Shown in pieces: positions 28,801 to 40,800 of a stretch of 64,000 nt of DNA (its first letter is position 1; each line of letters begins with the position of its first letter). The notes under the pieces are model-generated. The model searched no databases, was not told where the DNA came from, and saw nothing but the letters and a program-made list of their open reading frames with translations. The position numbers and the translations under genes were made by a program. The DNA comes from Eledone cirrhosa. Lineage: Eukaryota. The DNA lies in the NCBI GenBank assembly GCA_964016885.1, contig CAXHJY010000751.1, forward strand, positions 7,858-71,857. Direction: 5' to 3'.

Positions 28801-31800
28801 GTAGTTGTGTCTGTGGTGGTGGAGGTGATGGTAGTTGTGTCTGTGGTGGAGGTGATGGTAGTTGTGTCTGTGGTGGAGGTGATGGTAGTTGTGTCTGTGG
28901 TGGTGGAGGTGATGGTAGTTGTGTCTGTGGTGGTGGAGGTGATGGTAGTTGTGTCTGTGGTGGAGGTGATGGCAGTTGTGTCTGTGGTGGAGGTGATGGT
29001 AGTTGTGTCTGTGGTGGTGGTGATGGTAGTTGTGTCTGTGGTGGTGGAGGTGATGGTAGTTGTGTCTGTGGTGGAGGTGATGGTAGTTGTGTCTGTGGTG
29101 GAGGTGATGGTAGTTGTGTCTGTGGTGGAGGTGATGGTAGTTGTGTCTGTGGTGGTGGAGGTGATGGTAGTTGTGTCTGTGGTGGTGGAGGTGATGGTAG
29201 TTGTGTCTGTGGTGGAGGTGATGGCAGTTGTGTCTGTGGTGGAGGTGATGGTAGTTGTGTCTGTGGTGGTGGTGATGGTAGTTGTGTCTGTGGTGGTGGA
29301 GGTGATGGTAGTTGTGTCTGTGGTGGTGGAGGTGATGGTAGTTGTGTCTGTGGTGGAGGTGATGGTAGTTGTGTCTGTGGTGGAGGTGATGGTAGTTGTG
29401 TCTGTGGTGGTGGAGGTGATGGTAGTTGTGTCTGTGGTGGTGGAGGTGATGGTAGTTGTGTCTGTGGTGGAGGTGATGGCAGTTGTGTCTGTGGTGGAGG
29501 TGATGGTAGTTGTGTCTGTGGTGGTGGTGATGGTAGTTGTGTCTGTGGTGGTGGAGGTGATGGTAGTTGTGTCTGTGGTGGAGGTGATGGCAGTTGTGTC
29601 TGTGGTGGTGGAGGTGATGGTAGTTGTGTCTGTGGTGGAGGTGATGGCAGTTGTGTCTGTGGTGGAGGTGATGGTAGTTGTGTCTGTGGTGGTGGAGGTG
29701 ATGGTAGTTGTGTCTGTGGTGGAGGTGATGGTAGTTGTGTCTGTGGTGGAGGTGATGGTAGTTGTGTCTGTGGTGGTGGAGGTGATGGTAGTTGTGTCTG
29801 TGGTGGAGGTGATGGCAGTTGTGTCTTTGGTGGTGGAGGTGATGGTAGTTGTGTCTGTGGTGGAGGTGATGGCAGTTGTGTCTGTGGTGGTGGAGGTGAT
29901 GGTAGTTGTGTCTGTGGTGGAGGTGATGGTAGTTGTGTCTGTGGTGGAGGTGATGGCAGTTGTGTCTGTGGTGGTGGAGGTGATGGTAGTTGTGTCTGTG
30001 GTGGAGGTGATGGCAGTTGTGTCTGTGGTGGTGGAGGTGATGGTAGTTGTGTCTGTGGTGGAGGTGATGGCAGTTGTGTCTGTGGAGGTGGAGGTGATGG
30101 TAGTTGTGTCTGTGGTGGTGGAGGTGATGGTAGTTGTGTCTGTGGTGGAGGTGATGGCAGTTGTGTCTGTGGTGGTGGAGGTGATGGTAGTTGTGTCTGT
30201 GGTGGAGGTGATGGCAGTTGTGTCTGTGGTGGTGGAGGTGATGGTAGTTGTGTCTGTGGTGGAGGTGATGGCAGTTGTGTCTGTGGTGGTGGAGGTGATG
30301 GCAGTTGTGTCTGTGGTGGTGGAGGTGATGGTAGTTGTGTCTGTGGTGGAGGTGATGGCAGTTGTGTCTGTGGTGGTGGAGGTGATGGTAGTTGTGTCTG
30401 TGGTGGAGGTGATGGCAGTTGTGTCTGTGGAGGTGGAGGTGATGGTAGTTGTGTCTGTGGTGGAGGTGATGGCAGTTGTGTCTGTGGTGGTGGAGGTGAT
30501 GGTAATTGTGTCTGTGGTGGAGGTGATGGCAGTTGTGTCTGTGGTGGTGGAGGTGATGGTAGTTGTGTCTGTGGTGGAGGTGATGGCAGTTGTGTCTGTG
30601 GTGGTGGAGGTGGTGGTAGTTGTGTCTGTGGTGGAGGTGATGGTAGTTGTGTCTGTGGTGGAGGTGATGGCAGTTGTGTCTGTGGTGGAGGTGATGGTAG
30701 TTGTGTCTGTGGTGGAGGTGATGGTAGTTATGTCTGTGGTGGAGGTGATGGTAGTTGTGTCTGTGGTGGAGGTGATGGTAGTTGTGTCTGTGGTGGAGGT
30801 GATGGTAGTTGTGTCTGTGGTGGTGGAGGTGATGGTAGTTGTGTCTGTGGTGGAGGTGATGGCAGTTGTGTCTGTGGTGGTGGAGGTGATGGTAGTTGTG
30901 TCTGTGGTGGAGGTGATGGCAGTTGTGTCTGTGGTGGTGGAGGTGATGGTAGTTGTGTCTGTGGTGGAGGTGATGGCAGTTGTGTCTGTGGTGGTGGAGG
31001 TGGTGGTAGTTGTGTCTGTGGTGGAGGTGATGGTAGTTGTGTCTGTGGTGGAGGTGATGGCAGTTGTGTCTGTGGTGGAGGTGATGGTAGTTGTGTCTGT
31101 GGTGGAGGTGATGGTAGTTATGTCTGTGGTGGAGGTGATGGTAGTTGTGCCTGTGGTGGAGGTGATGGTAGTTGTGTCTGTGGTGGAGGTGATGGTAGTT
31201 GTGTCTGTGGTGGTGGAGGTGATGGTAGTTGTGTCTGTGGTGGAGGTGATGGCAGTTGTGTCTGTGGTGGTGGAGGTGATGGTAGTTGTGTCTGTGGTGG
31301 AGGTGATGGCAGTTGTGTCTGTGGTGGAGGTGATGGTAGTTGTGTCTGTGGTGGAGGTGATGGTAGTTGTGTCTGTGGTGGTGGTGATGGCAGTTGTGTC
31401 TGTGGTGGTGGAGGTGATGGTAGTTGTGTCTGTGGTGGTGGAGGTGATGGTAGTTGTGTCTGTGGTGGAGGTGATGGTAGTTGTGTCTGTGGTGGTGGTG
31501 ATGGCAGTTGTGTCTGTGGTGGTGGAGGTGATGGTAGTTGTGGCTGTGGTGGAAGTGATGGTAGTTGTGTCTGTGGTGGAGGTGATGGCAGTTGTGTCTG
31601 TGGTGGAGGTGATGGCAGTTGTGTCTGTGGTGGTGGAGGTGATGGTAGTTGTGTGTGTGGTGGAGGTGATGGCAGTTGTGTCTGTGGTGGAGGTGATGGC
31701 AGTTGTGTCTGTGGTGGTGGAGGTGATGGTAGTTGTGTCTGTGGTGGAGGTGATGGTAGTTGTGTCTGTGGTGGTGGAGGTGATGGTAGTTGTGTCTGTG

Positions 31801-34800
31801 GTGGAGGTGATGGTAGTTGTGTCTGTGGTGGAGGTGATGGCAGTTGTGTCTGTGGTGGTGGAGGTGATGGTAGTTGTGTCTGTGGTGGAGGTGATGGCAG
31901 TTGTGTCTGTGGTGGAGGTGATGGCAGTTGTGTCTGTGGTGGAGGTGATGGCAGTTGTGTCTGTGGTGGTGGAGGTGATGGTAGTTGTGTGTGTGGTGGA
32001 GGTGATGGCAGTTGTGTCTGTGGTGGAGGTGATGGCAGTTGTGTCTGTGGTGGTGGAGGTGATGGTAGTTGTGTCTGTGGTGGAGGTGATGGCAGTTGTG
32101 TCTGTGGTGGAGGTGATGGCAGTTGTGTCTGTGGTGGAGGTGATGGCAGTTGTGTCTGTGGTGGTGGAGGTGATGGTAGTTGTGTGTGTGGTGGAGGTGA
32201 TGGCAGTTGTGTCTGTGGTGGAGGTGATGGCAGTTGTGTCTGTGGTGGTGGAGGTGATGGTAGTTGTGTCTGTGGTGGAGGTGATGGTAGTTGTGTCTGT
32301 GGTGGAGGTGATGGTAGTTGTGTCTGTGGTGGAGGTGATGGTAGTTGTGTCTGAGGTGGAGGTGATGGCAGTTGTGTCTGTGGTGGTGGAGGTGATGGTA
32401 GTTGTGTCTGTGGTGGAGGTGGTAGTTGTGTCTGTGGTGGAGGTGATGGTAGTTGTGTCTGTGGTGGAGGTGATGGCAGTTGTGTCTGTGGTGGTGGAGG
32501 TGATGGTAGTTGTGTCTGTGGTGGAGGTGATGGCAGTTGTGTCTGTGGTGGAGGTGATGGCAGTTGTGTCTGTGGTGGAGGTGATGGCAGTTGTGTCTGT
32601 GGTGGTGGAGGTGATGGTAGTTGTGTGTGTGGTGGAGGTGATGGCAGTTGTGTCTGTGGTGGAGGTGATGGTAGTTGTGTCTGTGGTGGTGGTGATGGTA
32701 GTTGTGTCTGTGGTGGAGGTGATGGTAGTTGTGTCTGTGGTGGTGGAGGTGATGGTAGTTGTGTCTGTGGTGGAGGTGATGGTAGTTGTGTCTGTGGTGG
32801 TGGAGGTGATGGTAGTTGTGTCTATGGTGGAGGTGGTGGCAGTTGTGTCTGTGGTGGTGGAGGTGATGGTAGTTGTGTCTGTGGTGGAGGTGATGGCAGT
32901 TGTGTCTGTGGTGGTGGAGGTGATGGTAGTTGTGTCTGTGGTGGAGGTGATGGCAGTTGTGTCTGTGGTGGTGGAGGTGATGGTAGTTGTGTCTGTGGTG
33001 GAGGTGATGGCAGTTGTGTCTGTGGTGGTGGAGGTGATGGTAGTTGTGTCTGTGGTGGAGGTGATGGCAGTTGTGTCTGTGGTGGTGGAGGTGGTGGTAG
33101 TTGTGTCTGTGGTGGAGGTGATGGTAGTTGTGTCTGTGGTGGAGGTGATGGCAGTTGTGTCTGTGGTGGAGGTGATGGTAGTTGTGTCTGTGGTGGTGGA
33201 GGTGATGGTAGTTGTGTCTGTGGTGGAGGTGATGGCAGTTGTGTCTGTGGTGGTGGAGGTGATGGTAGTTGTGTCTGTGGTGGAGGTGATGGCAGTTGTG
33301 TCTGTGGTGGTGGAGGTGATGGTAGTTGTGTCTGTGGTGGAGGTGATGGCAGTTGTGTCTGTGGTGGAGGTGATGGTAGTTGCGTCTGTGGTGGAGGTGA
33401 TGGTAGTTGTGTCTGTGGTGGAGGTGATGGTAGTTGTGTCTGTGGTGGAGGTGATGGTAGTTGTGTCTGTGGTGGTGGTGGTGATGGTAGTTGTGTCTGT
33501 GGTGGAGGTGATGGTAGTTGTGTCTGTGGTGGTGGTGATGGTAGTTGTGTCTGTGGTGGAGGTGATGGTAGTTGTGTCTGTGGTGGTGGTGATGGTAGTT
33601 GTGTCTGTGGTGGAGGTGATGGTAGTTGTGTCTGTGGTGGTGGTGATGGTAGTTGTGTCTGTGGTGGAGGTGATGGTAGTTGTGTGTGTGGTGGTGGTGA
33701 TGGTAGTTGTGTCTGTGGTGGAGGTGATGGTAGTTGCGTCTGTGGTGGAGGTGATGGTAGTTGTGTCTGTGGTGGAGGTGATGGTAGTTGTGTCTGTGGT
33801 GGAGGTGATGGTAGTTGTGTCTGTGGTGGTGGAGGTGATGGTAGTTGTGTCTGTGGTGGAGGTGATGGTAGTTGTGTCTGTGGTGGAGGTGATGGTAGTT
33901 GTGTCTGTGGTGGAGGTGATGGTAGTTGTGTCTGTGGTGGTGGTGATGGTAGTTGTGTCTGTGGTGGAGGTGATGGTAGTTGTGTCTGTGGTGGTGGTGG
34001 TGATGGTAGTTGTGTCTGTGGTGGAGGTGATGGTAGTTGTGTCTGTGGTGGAGGTGATGGTAGTTGCGTCTGTGGTGGAGGTGATGGTAGTTGTGTCTGT
34101 GGTGGAGGTGATGGTAGTTGTGTCTGTGGTGGAGGTGATGGTAGTTGTGTCTGTGGTGGTGGTGATGGTAGTTGTGTCTGTGGTGGAGGTGATGGTAGTT
34201 GTGTCTGTGGTGGTGGAGGTGATGGTAGTTGTGTCTGTGGTGGAGGTGATGGTAGTTGTGTCTGTGGTGGAGGTGATGGTAGTTGTGTCTGTGGTGGAGG
34301 TGATGGTAGTTGTGTCTGTGGTGGTGGTGATGGTAGTTGTGTCTGTGGTGGAGGTGATGGTAGTTGTGTCTGTGGTGGAGGTGATGGCAGTTGTGTCTGT
34401 GGTGGAGGTGATGGTAATTGTGTCTGTGGTGGAGGTGATGGTAGTTGTGTGTGTGGTGGTGGTGATGGTAGTTGTGTCTGTGGTGGTGGAGGTGATGGTA
34501 GTTGTGTCTGTGGTGGAGGTGATGGTAGTTGTGTCTGTGGTGGAGGTGATGGTAGTTGTGTCTGTGGTGGGTGGTGAGGTAGTTGTGTCTGTGGTGGTGG
34601 AGGTGATGGTAGTTGTGTCTGTGGTGGAGGTGATGGTAGTTGTGTCTGTGGTGGTGGTGATGGTAGTTGTGTCTGTGGTGGAGGTGATGGTAGTTGTGTC
34701 TGTGGTGGTGGAGGTGATGGTAGTTGTGTCTGTGGTGGAGGTGATGGTAGTTGTGTCTGTGGTGGAGGTGATGGCAGTTGTGTCTGTGGTGGAGGTGATG

Positions 34801-37800
34801 GTAGTTGTGTCTTTGGTGGAGGTGATGGTAGTTGTGTGTGTGGTGGTGGTGATGGTAGTTGTGTCTGTGGTGGTGGAGGTGATGGTAGTTGTGTCTGTGG
34901 TGGAGGTGATGGTAGTTGTGTCTGTGGTGGAGGTGATGGTAGTTGTGTCTGTGGTGGTGGTGATGGTAGTTGTGTCTGTGGTGGTGGAGGTGATGGTAGT
35001 TGTGTCTGTGGTGGAGGTGATGGTAGTTGTGTCTGTGGTGGTGGTGATGGTAGTTGTGTCTGTGGTGGAGGTGATGGTAGTTGTGTGTGTGTGGTGGAGG
35101 TGATGGTAGTTGTGTCTGTGGTGGAGGTGATGGTAGTTGTGTCTGTGGTGGAGTGATGGTAGTTGTGTCTGTGGTGGAGGTGATGGTAGTTGTGTCTGTG
35201 GTGGAGGTGATGGTAGTTGTGTCTGTGGTGGTGGAGGTGATGGTAGTTGTGTCTGTGGTGGTGGTGATGGTAGTTGTGTCTGTGGTGGAGGTGATGGTAG
35301 TTGTGTCTGTGGTGGAAGTGATGGTAGTTGCTGTCTGTGGTGGAGGTGATGGTAGTTGTGTCTGTGGTGGTGGAGGTGATGGTAGTTGTGTCTGTGGTGG
35401 AGGTGATGGTAGTTGTGTGTGTGGTGGTGGTGATGGTAGTTGTGTCTGTGGTGGAAGTGATGGTAGTTGTGTCTGTGGTGGAGGTGATGGTAGTTGTGTG
35501 TGTGGTGGTGGAGGTGATGGTAGTTGTGTCTGTGGTGGAGGTGATGGTAGTTGTGTGTGTGGTGGTGGTGATGGTAGTTGTGTCTGTGGTGGAAGTGATG
35601 GTAGTTGTGTCTGTGGTGGTGGAGGTGATGGTAGTTGTGTCTGTGGTGGAGGTGATGGTAGTTGTGTCTGTGGTGGTGGAGGTGATGGTAGTTGTGTCTG
35701 TGGTGGAAGTGATGGTAGTTGTGTGTGTGGTGGTGGTGATGGTAGTTGTGTCTGTGGTGGAGGTGATGGTAGTTGTGTCTGTGGTGGAGGTGATGGTAGT
35801 TGTGTCTGTGGTGGTGGAGGTGATGGTAGTTGTGTCTGTGGTGGAGGTGATGGTAGTTGTGTCTGTGGTGGAGGTGATGGTAGTTGTGTCTGTGGTGGAG
35901 GTGATGGTAGTTGTGTCTGTGGTGGAGGTGATGGTAGTTGTGTCTGTGGTGGAGGTGATGGTAGTTGTGTCTGTGGTGGTGGAGGTGATGGTAGTTGTGT
36001 CTGTGGTGGAGGTGATGGTAGTTGTGTCTGTGGTGGAGGTGATGGTAGTTGTGTCTGTGGTGGAGGTGATGGTAGTTGTGTCTGTGGTGGTGGAGGTGAT
36101 GGTAGTTGTGTCTGTGGTGGAGGTGATGGTAGTTGTGTCTGTGGTGGAGGTGATGGTAGTTGTGTCTGTGGTGGAGGTGATGGTAGTTGTGTCTGTGGTG
36201 GAGGTGATGGTAGTTGTGTCTGTGGTGGTGGAGGTGATGGTAGTTGTGTCTGTGGTGGTGGAGGTGATGGTAGTTGTGTCTGTGGTGGAAGTGATGGTAG
36301 TTGTGTCTGTGGTGGTGGAGGTGATGGTAGTTGTGTCTGTGGTGGTGGAGGTGATGGTAGTTGTGTCTGTGGTGGTGGAGGTGATGGTAGTTGTGTCTGT
36401 GGTGGAAGTGATGGTAGTTGTGTGTGTGGTGGTGGTGATGGTAGTTGTGTCTGTGGTGGAGGTGATGGTAGTTGTGTCTGTGGTGGAGGTGATGGTAGTT
36501 GTGTCTGTGGTGGTGGAGGTGATGGTAGTTGTGTCTGTGGTGGAAGTGATGGTAGTTGTGTGTGTGGTGGTGGTGATGGTAGTTGTGTCTGTGGTGGAGG
36601 TGATGGTAGTTGTGTCTGTGGTGGTGGAGGTGATGGTAGTTGTGTCTGTGGTGGAGGTGATGGTAGTTGTGTCTGTGGTGGTGGAGGTGATGGTAGTTGT
36701 GTCTGTGGTGGTGGAGGTGATGGTAGTTGTGTCTGTGGTGGAAGTGATGGTAGTTGTGTCTGTGGTGGAGGTGATGGTAGTTGTGTGTGTGGTGGTGGTG
36801 ATGGTAGTTGTGTCTGTGGTGGAGGTGATGGTAGTTGTGTCTGTGGTGGAGGTGATGGTAGTTGTGTGTGTGGTGGAGGTGATGGTAGTTGTGTCTGTGG
36901 TGGAGGTGATGGTAGTTGTGTGTGTGGTGGTGGTGATGGTAGTTGTGTCTGTGGTGGAGGTGATGGTAGTTGTGTCTGTGGTGGAGGTGATGGTAGTTGT
37001 GTCTGTGGTGGAGGTGATGGTAGTTGTGTCTGTGGTGGAGGTGATGGTAGTTGTGTCTGTGGTGGAGGTGATGGTAGTTGTGTCTGTGGTGGAGGTGATG
37101 GTAGTTGTGTCTGTGGTGGTGGAGGTGATGGTAGTTGTGTCTGTGGTGGTGGTGATGGTAGTTGTGTCTGTGGTGGAGGTGATGGTAGTTGTGTCTGTGG
37201 TGGTGGAGGTGATGGTAGTTGTGTGTGTGGTGGAGGTGATGGTAGTTGTGTATGTGGTGGAGGTGATGGTAGTTGTGTCTGTGGTGGAGGTGATGGTAGT
37301 TGTGTCTGTGGTGGAGGTGATGGTAGTTGTGTCTGTGGTGGTGGAGGTGATGGTAGGTGTGTGTGTGGTGGAGGTGATGGTAGTTGTGTCTGTGGTGGAG
37401 GTGATGGTAGTTGTGTGTGTGGTGGAGGTGATGGTAGTTGTGTCTGTGGTGGAGGTGATGGTAGTTGTGTGTGTGGTGGAGGTGATGGTAGTTGTGTCTG
37501 TGGTGGAGGTGATGGTAGATGTGTCTGTGGTGGAGGTGATGGTAGTTGTGTGTGTGGTGGAGGTGATGGTAGTTGTGTCTGTGGTGGAGGTGATGGTAGA
37601 TGTGTCTGTGGTGGAGGTGATGGTAGTTGTGTGTGTGGTGGAGGTGATGGTAGTTGTGTCTGTGGTGGAGGTGATGGTAGTTGTGTGTGTGGTGGAGGTG
37701 ATGGTAGTTGTGTCTGTGGTGGTGGAAGTGATGGTAGTTGTGTCTGTGGTGGTGGTGATGGTAGTTGTGTCTGTGGTGGAGGTGATGGTAGTTGTGTCTG

Positions 37801-40800
37801 TGGTGGTGGAGGTGATGGTAGTTGTGTCTGTGGTGGAGGTGATGGTAGTTGTGTCTGTGGTGGAGGTGATGGTAGTTGTGTCTGTGGTGGAGGTGATGGT
37901 AGTTGTGTGTGTGGTGGAGGTGATGGTAGTTGTGTCTGTGGTGGAGGTGATGGTAGTTGTGTGTGTGGTGGAGGTGATGGTAGTTGTGTCTGTGGTGGAG
38001 GTGATGGTAGATGTGTCTGTGGTGGAGGTGATGGTAGTTGTGTGTGTGGTGGAGGTGATGGTAGTTGTGTCTGTGGTGGAGGTGATGGTAGATGTGTCTG
38101 TGGTGGAGGTGATGGTAGTTGTGTGTGTGGTGGAGGTGATGGTAGTTGTGTCTGTGGTGGAGGTTATGGTAGTTGTGTCTGTGGTGGAGGTGATGGTAGT
38201 TGTGTCTGTGGTGGAGGTGATGGTAGTTGTGTCTGTGGTGGAGGTGATGGTAGTTGTGTCTGTGGTGGAGGTGATGGTAGTTGTGTCTGTGGTGGAGGTG
38301 ATGGTAGTTGTGTCTGTGGTGGAGGTGATGGTAGTTGTGTCTGTGGTGGAGGTTATGGTAGTTGTGTCTGTGGTGGAGGTGATGGTAGTTGTGTCTGTGG
38401 TGGTGGAGGTGATGGTAGTTGTGTCTGTGGTGGTGGTGATGGTAGTTGTGTCTGTGGTGGAGGTGATGGTAGTTGTGTCTGTGGTGGTGGAGGTGATGGT
38501 AGTTGTGTGTGTGGTGGAGGTGATGGTAGTTGTGTCTGTGGTGGTGGAGGTGATGGTAGGTGTGTCTGTGGTGGTGGAGGTGATGGTAGTTGTGTCTGTG
38601 GTGGAGGTGATGGTAGTTGTGTCTGTGGTGGTGGAGGTGATGGTAGTTGTGTCTGTGGTGGTGGAGGTGATGGTAGTTGTGTGTGTGGTGGTGGAGGTGA
38701 TGGTAGGTGTGTCTGTGGTGGTGGAGGTGATGGTAGTTGTGTCTGTGGTGGTGGAGGTGATGGTAGTTGTGTCTGTGGTGGTGGTGATGGTAGTTGTGTC
38801 TGTGGTGGTGGAGGTGATGGTAGTTGTGTCTGTGGTGGTGGAGGTGATGGTAGTTGTGTCTGTGGTGGAGGTGATGGTAGTTGTGTCTGTGGTGGAGGTG
38901 ATGGTAGTTGTGTCTGTGGTGGAAGTGATGGTAGTTGTGTCTGTGGTGGAGGTGATGGTAGTTGTGTCTGTGGTGGTGGAGGTGATGGTAGTTGTGTCTG
39001 TGGTGGAGGTGATGGTAGTTGTGTCTGTGGTGGAGGTGATGGTAGTTGTGTCTGTGGTGGTGGTGATGGTAGTTGTGTCTGTGGTGGTGGAGGTGATGGT
39101 AGTTGTGTCTGTGGTGGTGGAGGTGATGGTAGTTGTGTCTGTGGTGGAGGTGATGGTAGTTGTGTCTGTGGTGGTGGAGGTGATGGTAGTTGTGTGTGTG
39201 GTGGAGGTGATGGTAGTTGTGTCTGTGGTGGAGGTGATGGTAGTTGTGTCTGTGGTGGAGGTGATGGTGGTAGTTGTGTCTGTGGTGGAAGTGATGGTAG
39301 TTGTGTCTGTGGTGGAAGTGATGGTAGTTGTGTCTGTGGTGGAGGTGATGGTAGTTGTGTCTGTGGTGGAGGTGATGGTAGTTGTGTCTGTGGTGGAGGT
39401 GATGGTAGTTGTGTCTGTGGTGGAGGTGATGGTAGTTGTGTCTGTGGTGGAGGTGATGGTAGTTGTGTCTGTGGTGGTGGAGGTGATGGTAGTTGTGTCT
39501 GTGGTGGTGGAGGTGATGGTAGTTGTGTCTGTGGTGGAGGTGATGGTAGTTGTGTCTGTGGTGGTGGAGGTGATGGTAGTTGTGTGTGTGGTGGAGGTGA
39601 TGGTAGTTGTGTCTGTGGTGGAGGTGATGGTAGTTGTGTCTGTGGTGGAGGTGATGGTGGTAGTTGTGTCTGTGGTGGAAGTGATGGTAGTTGTGTCTGT
39701 GGTGGAAGTGATGGTAGTTGTGTCTGTGGTGGAGGTGATGGTAGTTGTGTCTGTGGTGGAGGTGATGGTAGTTGTGTCTGTGGTGGAGGTGATGGTGGTA
39801 GTTGTGTCTGTGGTGGAAGTGATGGTAGTTGTGTCTGTGGTGGAGGTGATGGTAGTTGTGTCTGTGGTTGTGGAGGTGATGGTAGTTGTGTCTGTGGTGG
39901 AGGTGATGGTAGTTGTGTCTGTGGTGGAGGTGATGGTAGTTGTGTCTGTGGTGGAGGTGATGGTAGTTGTGTCTGTGGTGGTGGTGATGGTAGTTGTGTC
40001 TGTGGTGGAGGTGATGGTAGTTGTGTCTGTGGTGGAGGTGATGGTAGTTATGTCTGTGGTGGAGGTGATGGTAGTTGTGTCTGTGGTGGAGGTGATGGTA
40101 GTTGTGTCTGTGGTGGTGGAGGTGATGGTAGTTGTGTCTGTGGTGGTGGTGATGGTAGTTGTGTCTGTGGTGGAGGTGATGGTAGTTGTGTCTGTGGTGG
40201 TGGAGGTGATGGTAGTTGTGTGTGTGGTGGAGGTGATGGTAGTTGTGTATGTGGTGGAGGTGATGGTAGTTGTGTCTGTGGTGGAGGTGATGGTAGTTGT
40301 GTCTGTGGTGGTGGAGGTGATGGTAGGTGTGTGTGTGGTGGAGGTGATGGTAGTTGTGTCTGTGGTGGAGGTGATGGTAGTTGTGTCTGTGGTGGAGGTG
40401 ATGGTAGTTGTGTCTGTGGTGGTGGAGGTGATGGTAGTTGTGTCTGTGGTGGAGGTGATGGTAGTTGTGTCTGTGGTGGAGGTGATGGTAGTTGTGTCTG
40501 TGGTGGAGGTGATGGTAGTTGTGTCTGTGGTGGTGGAGGTGATGGTAGGTGTGTGTGTGGTGGAGGTGATGGTAGTTGTGTCTGTGGTGGTGGTGATGGT
40601 AGTTGTGTCTGTGGTGGAGGTGATGGTAGTTGTGTCTGTGGTGGAGGTGATGGTAGTTGTGTCTGTGGTGGGTGGTGGTGATGGTAGTTGTGTCTGTGGT
40701 GGAGGTGATGGTAGTTGTGTCTGTGGTGGAGGTGATTGGTAGTTGTGTCTGTGGTGGTGGAGGTGATGTAGTTGTGTCTGTGGTGGAGGTGATGGTAGTT